Both the position numbers and the translations under genes were made by a program. The notes below the pieces were generated by a model, which did no database searches, was not told the origin of the DNA, and worked only from the letters and a program-made list of their open reading frames with translations. Below, piece by piece: positions 9,973-20,339 of a DNA stretch of 64,000 nt (position 1 is the stretch's first letter; every line of letters begins with the position of its first letter). The stretch lies in the NCBI GenBank assembly GCA_041739995.1, contig JBGSMV010000031.1:96001-160000 (forward strand), in the 5' to 3' direction. The DNA is from Bdellovibrionota bacterium. Lineage in GTDB: Bacteria; Bdellovibrionota_C; UBA2361; JBGSMV01.

Positions 9973-10755
9973 TCAAGCCTGTCTCGCGGCAAACGCTCTT
10001 TGGCGCCTCGTTCCGCGAGAGAGTTCTTGAAACAAATGTGCACGAAACAACATAAACCAGTGTGCAAGTATCACCCCGAGACCAGCCGCCAGGATACCAA
10101 ATTCCCCCGAGATCAAAGCCCTGGGCGCTTCCATAACCATTGAAATGGGTAAGAGCGGATACGAGGAAGCGAACTGAATGACAAACACGTCAAACCCAAG
10201 CGAGAGAAAGGGCAGAGAGAGTAGAATGAATGGGAGATACCACTCGATTGCGTTATCTCGCACAAAGCGAAAAGCCTCTAGCAATGCATGCACGCTTTCG
10301 GCACGATTTAGGTACAACACCTCCGGGGTGGCGTTGCATGCAAATATGATGAAAAGCGAAAGCAGTAGCTGCAGCCCCGGCATCTGCGCGCCCATTGCCA
10401 CAGACTCAACCAGAAGGCTGGCAATCCAAAGCACGAACGAGACGCTAATTATTCCAAAGAATAGGGCCACGTCGAATTCTTTGAGATCTACCATTCGTAC
10501 ACGTTGGCGAGTGACTGTTTGACTAAGCCAATTGTAGTAGAGAGTAAGGGCAGCAAGCGCAAAAAGGCTCACCAAAAACCCACCCAACATGCCAAGGCTA
10601 CCTAGCGCAAAGCTTAAGAATACGAAGGCGAGATACAAACCAACGATACCTGGAATTATCACCCAGTTACGACGAAGCCCTGCCGTCGCGCTGCGCGCAC
10701 TTGCGACGTAAATCGCAAGCGTACCTGTGACAATTTCGCTCCACTTGAGATTCAT
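9973..10755 (-). CDS. Hypothetical multi-pass membrane protein
   Basis: About 260 aa with several hydrophobic helices; co-oriented between pcnB and kdsB. Confidence 0.75.
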   Translation of the reverse strand: MNLKWSEIVTGTLAIYVASARSATAGLRRNWVIIPGIVGLYLAFVFLSFALGSLGMLGGFLVSLFALAALTLYYNWLSQTVTRQRVRMVDLKEFDVALFFGIISVSFVLWIASLLVESVAMGAQMPGLQLLLSLFIIFACNATPEVLYLNRAESVHALLEAFRFVRDNAIEWYLPFILLSLPFLSLGFDVFVIQFASSYPLLPISMVMEAPRALISGEFGILAAGLGVILAHWFMLFRAHLFQELSRGTRRQRAFAARQA

Positions 10756-10811
10756 AGGTTCCACTTATTCAAATGCAGCTCATTCAAATGCAGCACGGAG
10801 TGAAAGACTCC

Positions 10812-12173
10812 CTAATCGACTGACTCGCCGGCAGAGTCTTCCGATCTCTCGCCCCGTCTTCCCGCACCACCACGTCTTCTTCTGCGTCGAGGACGCCCCC
10901 GTGCCGAGTCGGTAGCAGACCTAGCGCGTCGCTTGCGCGAAGCACCTCCTCGTTCGATCTCCGCGATAACCCTCTCCTCTACTCCAACCAATTCAAGCAA
11001 AAGCAGAAAGTCTTCAAAAACTTCAAAATCTACTGAAGGCAAGTCCACCTCTCCATCAGAGTCCTGCTGCCGCACCGCAAACCAAGCATACAACATAGAC
11101 TCCACACGTTCTCGCTCTCGACGCGGTACGCTGAGCTTTTGAAAGCATCCCGACAGGTGAGCGCCAAGCTCCTCTTCGGTTTGCCACAATTGAACAGGTT
11201 CTCCTGTGCGCACACGGAAGCCGGGAGCCGCCAGCAGCACCAGGACACTAAGCACCACCGCCACACTGGGGCCCTTTCCTACTCGAAAGCGCTCATCAAT
11301 TTCTTTGAGCAGCACACTCGCCGTGCTCTTATCGTCGAATAGTGCTGGGAAATCATGCAGCAGCTCAGGAAGTAGCTGATCAAGAAGTTGGGACTGGGCA
11401 AGCAACCTCAGGATTTTCAAAAAGTGCCCGGACTGCATGTCTTTTTTCAGTTCTTCATAGATACGCATGCTCGGACAGCTCGCAATCAATCCCTTTAGCT
11501 CTCCGATTGCGTCCCATGACTCACGATGAATCGCGAACCCCGCACGAGCGGCGTGGCGCACTACCCGCAACATGCGTACCGGATCTTCCTTGAACCGAAC
11601 CTCGGCATTCCCAATAACTCGAATCACTCGGTCCGAGAGGTCTCGAATTCCTCCGACGTAATCAATCACCGAGAAGGTGGACAGGTCATAAAAGAGGCCG
11701 TTAATAGTGATATCTCTACGAATCGCGTCGGTAACTTCCGTTCCATACTTATTGTCCGCAGCCAGCTGAGCGACTTCATCGCCTGCCTCGTCGCCCTCGA
11801 CTGGATCGCTCACATCGCGAAACGTTGATACTTCAATTATCTTGCCGCCACCGAAAAAGATGTGCACCAACTTAAACCGTCGCCCAATGATGCGACTGTT
11901 GGAAAAAAGGGCTTTTACTCGACGTGGAGTGGCGTCAGTGGTGATGTCAAAATCTTTAGGTTTTTTCCCCAGCAGCAGATCTCGCACCCCACCCCCGACC
12001 ATGTAGGCTTTGAACCCAGCCCGAATTAGTCGGTACATGATTTTCAATGCATCCGAGTCAATCTCGTTACGTGAGATGTCGTGCTCATCTCGGGAATAGA
12101 TCTCCGGTTGAGTTTTAAGAATATCGCTTTTGTTTTCGCTCATGGGGAAGGCAACAGGAATGAAGTCTGACAA
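10812..12173 (-). CDS. pcnB: Poly(A) polymerase PcnB
   Basis: VGGGVRDLL, DFDITT, the PAP signature IIGRRFKLVHI, RRDITIN, EDPVRMLR and an Arg-rich tail. Start may be ATG 12143. Confidence 0.9.
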   Translation of the reverse strand: MSDFIPVAFPMSENKSDILKTQPEIYSRDEHDISRNEIDSDALKIMYRLIRAGFKAYMVGGGVRDLLLGKKPKDFDITTDATPRRVKALFSNSRIIGRRFKLVHIFFGGGKIIEVSTFRDVSDPVEGDEAGDEVAQLAADNKYGTEVTDAIRRDITINGLFYDLSTFSVIDYVGGIRDLSDRVIRVIGNAEVRFKEDPVRMLRVVRHAARAGFAIHRESWDAIGELKGLIASCPSMRIYEELKKDMQSGHFLKILRLLAQSQLLDQLLPELLHDFPALFDDKSTASVLLKEIDERFRVGKGPSVAVVLSVLVLLAAPGFRVRTGEPVQLWQTEEELGAHLSGCFQKLSVPRRERERVESMLYAWFAVRQQDSDGEVDLPSVDFEVFEDFLLLLELVGVEERVIAEIERGGASRKRRARSATDSARGRPRRRRRRGGAGRRGERSEDSAGESVD

Positions 12174-12476
12174 TTGGTAGAGTTCGGCAACATTGCACAG
12201 GTCAAAAATCGAGAAGAAATCAGCAACATCCAGGAGTTCAGATAGTTAGGTAATCCCTCACTCCCTCTTCACGAGGGCGGGAGAACTGCAGAATATCTGC
12301 TCGAGATGCGCCTCTAAAGGTCCACTCTCCTCGGGTGACCGACGAGGGGGCGAACGTCGCCCCAGCTGAAATAGCACAGAGCGAGAATGCACTAAAGAGA
12401 TCCAATGGTTAGAGCTGGGCTGGAAATTGGATTTGATCTCTGACTTCTGGTAAACCCTCAATCTCTTAAGTATTTT

Positions 12477-12549
12477 GGCCCCATCGTCTAGTGGCCTAGG
12501 ACGCTGGCCTCTCACGCTGGAAACACGGGTTCGAGTCCCGTTGGGGTCA
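12477..12549 (+). tRNA. tRNA-Glu (anticodon CTC), CCA not encoded
   Basis: Acceptor stem GGCCCCA/TGGGGTC, D arm GTCTAGTGGCCTAGGAC, anticodon loop CT-CTC-AC, T arm GGGTTCGAGTCCC. Confidence 0.96.
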
Positions 12550-12734
12550 TTTTGCCACTCTAGTATCTTTTGAAGCGCCGTTTTCAGGCGCGGGCTCTTT
12601 GGGAGCACCGTCTTAAGGCGGTGCGGTGTGCTTTAGGTCGGCGCTATGCGTCTAGGCCCAAGAGTGTGTCCACGCGGTTTTGCGCCCCACTCAGTTTGAA
12701 AGATGTTACTGTTGATGGCTGAGAGGATAACGAC

Positions 12735-13601
12735 ATGGATCTGAAAACCGGACTCGCCACAATGCTTTCTAACGGCGTCATCATGGACGTCGTCAACGTG
12801 GAACAAGCTCGCATCGCTGAAGATGCTGGAGCAGTCGCGGTCATGGCGCTCGAGAGAGTGCCTTCAGACATCCGGAAACAAGGCGGAGTCGCGCGCATGA
12901 GCGACCCGGAAATGATCGAAGCAATCAAGAGCGCCGTGAGCATTCCGGTCATGGCGAAAGTCAGAATTGGACACATCGCAGAAGCTCAGATTCTTGAATC
13001 CATTGGCATCGACTTCATCGATGAATCTGAGGTGCTCACTCCTGCTGACGCAAGCTTTCATGTAAATAAGTTCACCTTCAAGACCCCTTTCGTCTGTGGA
13101 GCCTGCAACTTGGGAGAGGCGCTGCGTCGCATTGCCGAAGGTGCCGCACTAATTCGAACCAAGGGGGAGGCAGGTACCGGCAACGTTATTGAAGCCGTAA
13201 GACACATTCGGCAGATCACTTCTGAACTTAAGCAGCTCACCAAACTTTCCACTTCGCAGCTTGATGAAAAAGCTGATGAATACAGGGTATCCTCAGCTCT
13301 TGTGGAACAAGTCGCTCAAGCTGGTCGCCTCCCGGTTCCTAACTTTGCAGCCGGTGGCATCGCGACTCCCGCCGACGCTGCGCTGATCCGACAGCTTGGC
13401 GCCGAAGCGGTATTTGTTGGTTCAGGCATTTTTAAGGCCGAGCAGCCTGCGCGTGTTGCGAAAGCGATTGTTGAAGCAACCACTCACTTCGATAAACCTG
13501 ATATTCTGTTGAAAGTCTCGCGAGGGCTTGGGAAGGCAATGGAAGGACTGACTCTAGAATCTATCCCGGAAGCACAGCGCCTGGCGCAGCGCGGCTGGTA
13601 G
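12735..13601 (+). CDS. pdxS: Pyridoxal 5'-phosphate synthase lyase subunit
   Basis: [36 protein letters not shown] and [13 protein letters not shown] motifs. Confidence 0.98.
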   Translation: MDLKTGLATMLSNGVIMDVVNVEQARIAEDAGAVAVMALERVPSDIRKQGGVARMSDPEMIEAIKSAVSIPVMAKVRIGHIAEAQILESIGIDFIDESEVLTPADASFHVNKFTFKTPFVCGACNLGEALRRIAEGAALIRTKGEAGTGNVIEAVRHIRQITSELKQLTKLSTSQLDEKADEYRVSSALVEQVAQAGRLPVPNFAAGGIATPADAALIRQLGAEAVFVGSGIFKAEQPARVAKAIVEATTHFDKPDILLKVSRGLGKAMEGLTLESIPEAQRLAQRGW

Positions 13602-13625
13602 ACCTGTGATAGGCTTGTTAGCCCT

Positions 13626-14327
13626 ATGAAGCGCTCAAATTGCGGAATACTGGCCCTGCAAGGCTGCATTGAGCCGCACGAACTGGCATTAGGTAGGCTT
13701 GGTGTCGCCGCTCTAAAAGTCCGCTCACCAGAAGATCTCGAAAAAGTCGAGGCTCTCATTCTTCCAGGCGGTGAGAGCACCACTATGCTTCGCCTCATTC
13801 GCAGCGCAGGACTCTTTGAACCGCTTCAGCAGTTTTCTGAGAATTTTCCCATGTGGGGCATCTGCGCTGGTGCAATTCTTATGGCCAAAGAAGTATGCCA
13901 CCCCCACCAAGAGTCGCTTGGGGTAATGTCGATTCGAGCGACGCGGAACTTTTACGGGTCGCAGCGTGAGTCGTTCAAAGCGAGTATTGAGATCTCAGGC
14001 CTTAAAAATATTCTTAAGCCCAAGCACACGGTTGAAGTGGATTTCATTCGGGCTCCGATGCTTGAAGCTCTCAGTAACTCCGCTGACGAGCCGCACGTTT
14101 CCGTGTTGGCAGCACATCAGCACCATCCGGTAATGCTACAGCAGGGACACTTGCTCGCCACTTCGTTCCACATCGAGCTTGGGGAAGATTCAAGGTTACA
14201 TGAGTACTTTGTCTCAATGCCGAGTATCTCAGTGAAAGACACTGCTGCTCACGAAACGGAGGACCATTTGGATATGACGGTACCTTCCAAATTCGGACGG
14301 AAGGAAACCAACTCAAGAAGGCTTTAA
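13626..14327 (+). CDS. pdxT: Pyridoxal 5'-phosphate synthase glutaminase subunit
   Basis: GILALQG, LPGGESTT, GICAGAI, RNFYGSQ, FIRAP and SFHIEL motifs; follows pdxS. Confidence 0.95.
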   Translation: MKRSNCGILALQGCIEPHELALGRLGVAALKVRSPEDLEKVEALILPGGESTTMLRLIRSAGLFEPLQQFSENFPMWGICAGAILMAKEVCHPHQESLGVMSIRATRNFYGSQRESFKASIEISGLKNILKPKHTVEVDFIRAPMLEALSNSADEPHVSVLAAHQHHPVMLQQGHLLATSFHIELGEDSRLHEYFVSMPSISVKDTAAHETEDHLDMTVPSKFGRKETNSRRL

Positions 14328-15860
14328 GTCGGCCTCACTGGTTCCTTGTCCCGGCTCTGGAAAAGCAACATACACTCCCTCTTGAGACGCATCCCACGTC
14401 TGTGCAACTCCACCCAGCGTAGTTTCTGCGAATCCAAACACCACCTTCGTTAAATCAACCGTGTCCTTAATGCCCTGTGCACCGGAGATCTGCGGAGGCA
14501 GGGCCTTGCGAAGCACGACCACCGCACAATAGTCGCTGCCATTGAGCGCTTCTTCGCCCTTGGAAATGCGCTGCAATCGCTGCGCTGAGAGATGCTGAAC
14601 CTCCAAATTGGGAGCATACACTGAGGCTGGTGCATTGAGGTAACGCGCCTCCGCGCCCTGCACCACTCCAAATGCTGACTCCAGTTCAATTAATCCCGAA
14701 TGAAGCAAAATCGACTTCCCTTGCCCTTCGCAGCGCCCGCCTTCGCTCACTAGCTTAAACGCTCCGCGCCAATTCTCGACCTGCCAGGAGCGATCGAAGG
14801 CTCTACCCGTAGTGAGCACACTAACCACCAGCAAGGCCAGCAACTGTGCACGCCGAGGCTTAAGCGCCCCTATGAAAAGAGACACAAGCACTGCGGCGCC
14901 AACCATGCACCACAACACGTAGCGCCCCGTAAACAAGCCTATGTCTAGAAGGGCGCTCACCCACAGCGCGACCGGTATCAGCAGCCACCAACTCAACAGC
15001 TCGAACAACCCACGACGTGAAATACTCTCGATTTTTAGCGAATTGTCCCCGCGCCCAACAAACATGGCGCCAACCACACAAAGTGCGGCACAGACCGGCA
15101 GCGCGGCGGCAACCGGCACCATCGTACGAAAGAAATCAACCAAAGAGGGATTACTCAAAAAGCGCAGATCGCGCCCTTCCATTAAAGCGCTCAGCTGCCA
15201 CAGGCCAGGGCTTGCCAACAGAGCTGAGCCAATAACCGCGACCAACGCCCGACGCCATTGGGAACGAGCCAAAAGTAGCCCAACTAAGCCGCACGCGAAA
15301 AAGAGATAGTGTGCGTATGCGGCACACGCCAGAAGTAATAATGGGGCAAACGCCACGCCTTTAGCCGGCTGCCCAGAAGTATCGGAAAGCCTAGAAAATG
15401 CGCGCAATGCAAGGACCGAAAAAAACAACGCGAGAGCGTAGGGCCTCGCACTCATCGCCAGCAGCACTTGATCCAATGACAGCAAGACCACCACCGCAAA
15501 CCCGGCGGCAATATTCCCGGCCAGCCTTCGAACCCAGAAGGCCGCAATGCACAGAGTAAGCACTACCAAAAACACGCTGGGCAGGCGTAGTGCTACTTCT
15601 GAGAATCCAAAGACTTGCGCCCAACTCCATAGAACCAAGTAGTACAGTGGCGACTGTCCTTGAAAGGCAATCGATCGAGAAATGACTTGAGACCACCCAT
15701 CAGAAACAATCCATCGACTTACTGTTTCATCAAGCCAAAAACTGTCTCTCAAAAATCCGTTGGAAAAAACGGCGACAAACACCAACAACAAGAGACCCGC
15801 TATCGCGACCTGTTCGAGCCTGCGCACTAGGCTAGCACCCTGCATAGGGGTTCTCCTCAT
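14313..15860 (-). CDS. GT-C fold glycosyltransferase (family 39/ArnT-PMT-like)
   Basis: SFWLDE, PLYYLVL, SEVALRLPS, ARPYAL and HY motifs; many TMs; coupled to the lipid A acyltransferase gene. Confidence 0.8.
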   Translation of the reverse strand: MRRTPMQGASLVRRLEQVAIAGLLLLVFVAVFSNGFLRDSFWLDETVSRWIVSDGWSQVISRSIAFQGQSPLYYLVLWSWAQVFGFSEVALRLPSVFLVVLTLCIAAFWVRRLAGNIAAGFAVVVLLSLDQVLLAMSARPYALALFFSVLALRAFSRLSDTSGQPAKGVAFAPLLLLACAAYAHYLFFACGLVGLLLARSQWRRALVAVIGSALLASPGLWQLSALMEGRDLRFLSNPSLVDFFRTMVPVAAALPVCAALCVVGAMFVGRGDNSLKIESISRRGLFELLSWWLLIPVALWVSALLDIGLFTGRYVLWCMVGAAVLVSLFIGALKPRRAQLLALLVVSVLTTGRAFDRSWQVENWRGAFKLVSEGGRCEGQGKSILLHSGLIELESAFGVVQGAEARYLNAPASVYAPNLEVQHLSAQRLQRISKGEEALNGSDYCAVVVLRKALPPQISGAQGIKDTVDLTKVVFGFAETTLGGVAQTWDASQEGVYVAFPEPGQGTSEADLKPS

Positions 15861-16782
15861 CTTCCGTTGGGCGCGTGCGCCAGCGGCGATGGAACCAGAA
15901 CCATAATTCTGGTTGAATTCGGATCAGTCGCTCATGGCGTGTCGAGAGTTCTGCGGTGATTATCCTTATTTTCTCTTCCTTGCTCAGGGTTTGATCTTGA
16001 ATGCAAGCCTTAAAATCGCATTCTTCCGCAAAGGTTTGGTAGTTATCCGTGCCCAGCTGATGCCGTATTCCCACTACAAGCACTGGGCACTCAAGCCGCA
16101 GCACCGCCAAAGCGAGCGTCTTGGTAGTGGCCGCCTCCTTACCGAACAAGGGAACGAAGGTCGCGTGATTTCTGGTCACATTCTGATCAAACAACAATGC
16201 AACATCTCTTCCTGATTGAAGCTGCCTGAACACATCTTTGAACGCACCTTGGCGGTTGATAACCTTATTGCCTAAACGCTCTCGCCCTGCGGTCCACCAC
16301 CGATCAACTACCTCCAGTTTAAAGTTTCTCACTACAAAAGCGATTGGGTCTCCCCAATGAGGTAAGCAATGCGCCAACAGCTCGAAACTTCCCACATGTC
16401 CGGTCGCCAATAGCACTCCTTTGCCAGGATTCCGCGCCTTCACTTCTCGACGCAACTCTCGAAAAGGGCCACTCACATGAGTATCAACCCACTGTTGGTC
16501 AATCGTGGGCATGCGTGCAAAATCAATCAAGATTCTCGCGAGTGAGAACACTGATTTTTGATATATCTCTTCACGCCATTCAGGCGTGGCTTCTGGATAG
16601 GCAATCTCTAGATTGCGAATCGCGATGCGACGGTACTTCGGCCTTAATGCCAACCCGCCTCGAATCAATGCTCCAAAAATTCGCTCAGCATAGGCCACAG
16701 GGATCTGACGTAGGAGCCAGGTGAGGGCTCGGAGTAGCAAAACGAGTGGATGAAGGGATGCGTATTTGCTCATGAGGTACAA
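15832..16782 (-). CDS. lpxL: Lipid A biosynthesis late acyltransferase (LpxL/HtrB family)
   Basis: RNLEIAYPE, TGHVGSFE (HX4E), FDQN, VPLFG and PELWFWFHRRWRT motifs. Confidence 0.88.
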   Translation of the reverse strand: MYLMSKYASLHPLVLLLRALTWLLRQIPVAYAERIFGALIRGGLALRPKYRRIAIRNLEIAYPEATPEWREEIYQKSVFSLARILIDFARMPTIDQQWVDTHVSGPFRELRREVKARNPGKGVLLATGHVGSFELLAHCLPHWGDPIAFVVRNFKLEVVDRWWTAGRERLGNKVINRQGAFKDVFRQLQSGRDVALLFDQNVTRNHATFVPLFGKEAATTKTLALAVLRLECPVLVVGIRHQLGTDNYQTFAEECDFKACIQDQTLSKEEKIRIITAELSTRHERLIRIQPELWFWFHRRWRTRPTEDEENPYAGC

Positions 16783-16925
16783 TGAACCGGAAGTCTTGCT
16801 CCGATATACGATATTCCAGCCACACCTAATAGATCGCTAACGCCGCTGTCCCGGGAAAACTCTAATGATTCTGCCGAGAAACCGCTTACCGGAGGGGCCT
16901 AAAACCCTACCATCGTCGCCCTCAG

Positions 16926-16952
16926 TAAACTTTCTTCCCAAATCACCGATAT
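16926..16952 (+). promoter_or_regulatory. Putative sigma-28 (FliA) promoter
   Basis: TAAA-N15-ACCGATAT, ending 87 bp upstream of the protease ATG. Confidence 0.6.
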
Positions 16953-17039
16953 AGAGCCCAGTTCATAACCTCTAGGGTGTGGTTTGGTAGCTCCTCACGG
17001 CGGCTACCCTCTACGAGGTTGTCATTAGGGGTGGAAAAC

Positions 17040-17897
17040 ATGAAGACTTTCTCCTTTCGTCTCGGAAAAGCGTTCTCACTAAGCTTGGGTGTCTTGTGCC
17101 TATCATTTTCTCTATCAGGCTGTGGTGGCGGAGACTCCACTACCTCAAACACCGACGAGCACACCAGTTCGAGAATCGTTAACGGCATAGCGATCGACCA
17201 GAGCGAGCTTCCTCCCGTAAAACGTCTCTTTCTAAATGTCCCTGGCCAAGACCCTCAGTTTCTTTGCTCAGGAACTTTTATAAGCCCAATTCATTTTCTC
17301 ACCGCAGCTCATTGTGTGGTGTTTAGCGGCGTAGGGCAGATTCCTGCCGAATATCTTGCGGTTGAAATAGAGCCTGGAATTATAGCCCCTGCTTCCGGCG
17401 TTGCATCGCACGCCGGATATCAGCCCGATGTCACTGTCCCAAGCGCTGAGATCCCAAACCTCACCTACTTTCCGGGTGACATTGCTCTGGTAGTAACTTC
17501 ATCTCCGTACGAAGGACCTGTCGCCCCTGTCTCCACTCGCTTTCCGGGAGTTGGTCAGGAAATCTTGATTGCCGGATTCGGACAGTATCAATCGGACATT
17601 CCGAGCGACCAAGCCTTGCGTTACGGAGTAACCACTATCGACGCCATTAGCATGCTTGATGGTGTCTTCTATTGGTTGTTTGACGGCTTCCATGAAAGTA
17701 ACACGTGCTACGGCGATTCTGGTGGTCCCGCATTCGTACGTTTCGCCGAAGAAGAGCCTCTCGTGCTGGTGGGAATTACTTCTGGTGGAGGCCCAACCTG
17801 CGAGCCTTACTCGATCTCATTCGACACCCTGGTGCCGCACCCAGCGTACATAGAATTCATTAATCAGATTACCGTTGGATTTCACAGTCAGTTGTAA
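17040..17897 (+). CDS. Trypsin-like (S1) serine protease lipoprotein
   Basis: Lipobox LSGC, activation site R-IVNG, CSGT, LTAAHC, DIAL and GDSGGP motifs. Confidence 0.92.
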   Translation: MKTFSFRLGKAFSLSLGVLCLSFSLSGCGGGDSTTSNTDEHTSSRIVNGIAIDQSELPPVKRLFLNVPGQDPQFLCSGTFISPIHFLTAAHCVVFSGVGQIPAEYLAVEIEPGIIAPASGVASHAGYQPDVTVPSAEIPNLTYFPGDIALVVTSSPYEGPVAPVSTRFPGVGQEILIAGFGQYQSDIPSDQALRYGVTTIDAISMLDGVFYWLFDGFHESNTCYGDSGGPAFVRFAEEEPLVLVGITSGGGPTCEPYSISFDTLVPHPAYIEFINQITVGFHSQL

Positions 17898-17903
17898 CTT
17901 TCA
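17862..17903 (+). repeat. Direct repeat, left copy (3' end of the protease gene)
   Basis: AATCAGATTACCGTTGGATTTCACAGTCAGTTGTAACTTTCA; 37/42 identical to 18997-19038. Confidence 0.85.
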
Positions 17904-18060
17904 GTAAAAGCTGAAAACGTAACTGGCCACCAGAGTTTGAATCCGTATAGTAAGTCGGCACAATGCAGAGACCTGTAATCCATCTTGGAACTGATATCTC
18001 TTTCTTGTCTGGCCCTAAACGGAGCAACTGTGTTTTGTGACCGGTTAGTTGTTCTCACCC

Positions 18061-18081
18061 CCGATTTGCTCCGCAAATCGG
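18061..18081. terminator. Hairpin between the convergent protease and vapC genes
   Basis: Perfect 9-bp stem CCGATTTGC-TCC-GCAAATCGG; no clear U-tract. Confidence 0.35.
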
Positions 18082-18148
18082 CCCCTGAGGGGTATTTCGT
18101 CCGGGTTATGCTGACTAGTTACCTGGAACCCAAACAGAGCCATTTAGG

Positions 18149-18574
18149 TTAATCCCGGACCGAGAAGCCCTCTTTTCGGGCTGCGATCGCGAGTCGTTCG
18201 TCGAAAGACACGAACGCAACGCGCGAGGCGAGATCCTCTGAGGCAACGATGGCACCGGCGAGCTGAAACGCGTCTGCGGTTCGGAGAGGATGCAGGCGCA
18301 AAAGCCGATTCGCTCTCTCTCTTACCATGTCGCTGGGAAGAACCTCGTTCCAGTGCGTTGCAAGCTCCGCCAAGGCCCTTAGGGCCTGCTCAGCTTCACC
18401 ATTGCTAAGGAGTTGCTCCCGTTCAAGACGGGCGATCGCCGAAACGCATTCCGTGTAGGTGCCCCACCACACAAAGATTCCGAGACTTTCCTCTCGAAAA
18501 TACTCTAGAGCACGACTGCTTAATGCCTGGTCGAGAATTAAAGGCACCAGGGCGGAGGTATCCCAAAAATTCAT
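18149..18574 (-). CDS. vapC: PIN-domain VapC family toxin
   Basis: FWDTSALV, LRTADAFQLA and FVSFDERL motifs; overlaps the antitoxin stop codon. Confidence 0.93.
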   Translation of the reverse strand: MNFWDTSALVPLILDQALSSRALEYFREESLGIFVWWGTYTECVSAIARLEREQLLSNGEAEQALRALAELATHWNEVLPSDMVRERANRLLRLHPLRTADAFQLAGAIVASEDLASRVAFVSFDERLAIAARKEGFSVRD

Positions 18575-18885
18575 CTATCCTCAGCTCGTTCAGCCAGCAC
18601 CGCGGCGAGAATGTCCGCTTTTTTATTCTTCGGCGTTACGCGTAATGACTCAATCTTAGAAAAATCAGATTTTCTCTTTTCTGCTCGCCTCAGAAGGCCG
18701 GCGCGTTCGAGACGCTGCGCCACCACATCGGTCTCTCCATCCTCAGATTCCTCACCTCCAGCATACACCACGCGAATGATGGGCGTTTTGCGATCGTAGA
18801 CTAGCAGCGAGGTTTTTCCTTTACGGACCAAATCGACTAGCGCGCTGAAGTTATTCTTCAATTGAGTTAATGTAACCGACTTCAT
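18571..18885 (-). CDS. Phd/YefM-family antitoxin
   Basis: N-terminus MKSVTLTQLKNNFSALVDLVRKG...DRKTPI; directly upstream of the PIN toxin. Confidence 0.88.
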   Translation of the reverse strand: MKSVTLTQLKNNFSALVDLVRKGKTSLLVYDRKTPIIRVVYAGGEESEDGETDVVAQRLERAGLLRRAEKRKSDFSKIESLRVTPKNKKADILAAVLAERAEDR

Positions 18886-18996
18886 TTAACCATTATAGTC
18901 ATTTTAAAATATCTATACCATGGATTTTTTACCAAGTATTTTCAGAAGGTTAGGCCTGACAGCGAGTGGATGTCCTCGATTCGCTTTAGAGTGATC

Positions 18997-19038
18997 AATC
19001 AGACTACGGTTGGATTTCACAGTCCGTTGTAGTTTTCA
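18997..19038 (+). repeat. Direct repeat, right copy
   Basis: AATCAGACTACGGTTGGATTTCACAGTCCGTTGTAGTTTTCA; 37/42 identical to 17862-17903. Confidence 0.85.
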
Positions 19039-19055
19039 ATCGAGAATCGACGGCG

Positions 19056-19529
19056 CTAGTCACGCGCTTCAAAGCCCTCATCCTCTGGTAGATCGCGGGC
19101 CTGACTCGCCATGACCGCAAGTTCGTCACAGCGATTATTATTGGGGTTACTGGCGTGCCCTTTCACCCAGATGAACGTGACCTCATGTTGCTCGACTAAC
19201 TCCAGCAACTGCTCCCATAGATCTGGATTAATCGCAGGCTCGCCTTTCTTCCCTCTTTTCCATCCGTTGGCTTTCCAGCGTTTGGCCCAGCCCTGCTCGA
19301 TAGCATCAACCACGTATTTGGAGTCACTATATAATTCGACGGCACACGGCTTGGTCAGAGAACGCAGTGCTTCAATCGCTGCGGTAAGCTCCATGCGATT
19401 GTTGGTAGTTCTTGCAAAGCCTCCTGAAATCTCTTTGGCCTTTTCTCCATGGCGCAAAATGGCTGCCCATCCGCCAGGACCAGGATTTCCTGAACATGCA
19501 CCGTCAGTGTAGATTTGCACCGCTTTCAC
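19056..19529 (-). CDS. rnhA: Ribonuclease HI
   Basis: [32 protein letters not shown] and NNRCDELA motifs. Confidence 0.98.
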   Translation of the reverse strand: MKAVQIYTDGACSGNPGPGGWAAILRHGEKAKEISGGFARTTNNRMELTAAIEALRSLTKPCAVELYSDSKYVVDAIEQGWAKRWKANGWKRGKKGEPAINPDLWEQLLELVEQHEVTFIWVKGHASNPNNNRCDELAVMASQARDLPEDEGFEARD

Positions 19530-19617
19530 TATTTAATTCTCTTGAAATTTTAAGCTCCGCTCATCCGCTTCGCCAGAAAGAAGACGAAGTTCGAGGGACT
19601 CGTAGATTTTCCAGGAA

Positions 19618-20016
19618 TTAAGCTCCGCTCATTTCCTCAAGCAACATGTACACAAGGCGACACGCATCGGTCGATGTAAAGATGCCGCTCAAAGCCCCTT
19701 CCCCATCCATGATGAGCACGTAATCCAGGCGACGCTCCGCCATGCCGAGAGTGACATCTCCGACGGGGGTATCTCCGGTCACGGTTTCTGGAGAAGTATC
19801 ACACACTGCACCTACCGGGGGCGCATCTCCAAGTCCAGCCGTAGCAATTTGCGTCAATCGAAGAGCGCGCTCGGTAATCACACCGATTAACTCTCCGTTA
19901 TCAACCACAGGAAGATGCCGCACTCCTCGAAGCGACATAATGTGCAAGGCCTCGTCAATGGTCAGGGTTGAATCAACCTGATAGGGACAAGGCACCATTA
20001 CATCTTGAATTTTCAT
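19618..20016 (-). CDS. CBS-pair domain protein
   Basis: VRHLPVVDNGELIGVIT and GIFTSTD CBS repeats. Confidence 0.88.
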   Translation of the reverse strand: MKIQDVMVPCPYQVDSTLTIDEALHIMSLRGVRHLPVVDNGELIGVITERALRLTQIATAGLGDAPPVGAVCDTSPETVTGDTPVGDVTLGMAERRLDYVLIMDGEGALSGIFTSTDACRLVYMLLEEMSGA

Positions 20017-20339
20017 ACTCGCCTTTCTCTCTAACTCTCTAATCGTATGCGGCTACGCACACACGCTGCCCTGCATTGAGGATACTTCTTGCAGGGGGCG
20101 CTTGCGAAGCTTCTCTTGCCGTTGCAGCCTACGGCGGAACAGTTTTGGTAGCCCCTCAGACTCTAGCGTACCAGTTTAACGAAGAGCTATCGTTAATTTT
20201 AGACCTCGCCGCGCCCATTGGCCCTTTGAATACCCCATGAAGAAGCATGTTAAAGACCACCAGCCATCACCGTTCCCTTCGGCTAGTCTCGACCCCCACA
20301 GGAGAACATTTTATACCAAGGCTATTTTAGATTAGGGCT

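Noticed and set aside
12258..12608. 116-aa minus-strand ORF
   Set aside because: It is the antisense reading of tRNA-Glu and is spurious.
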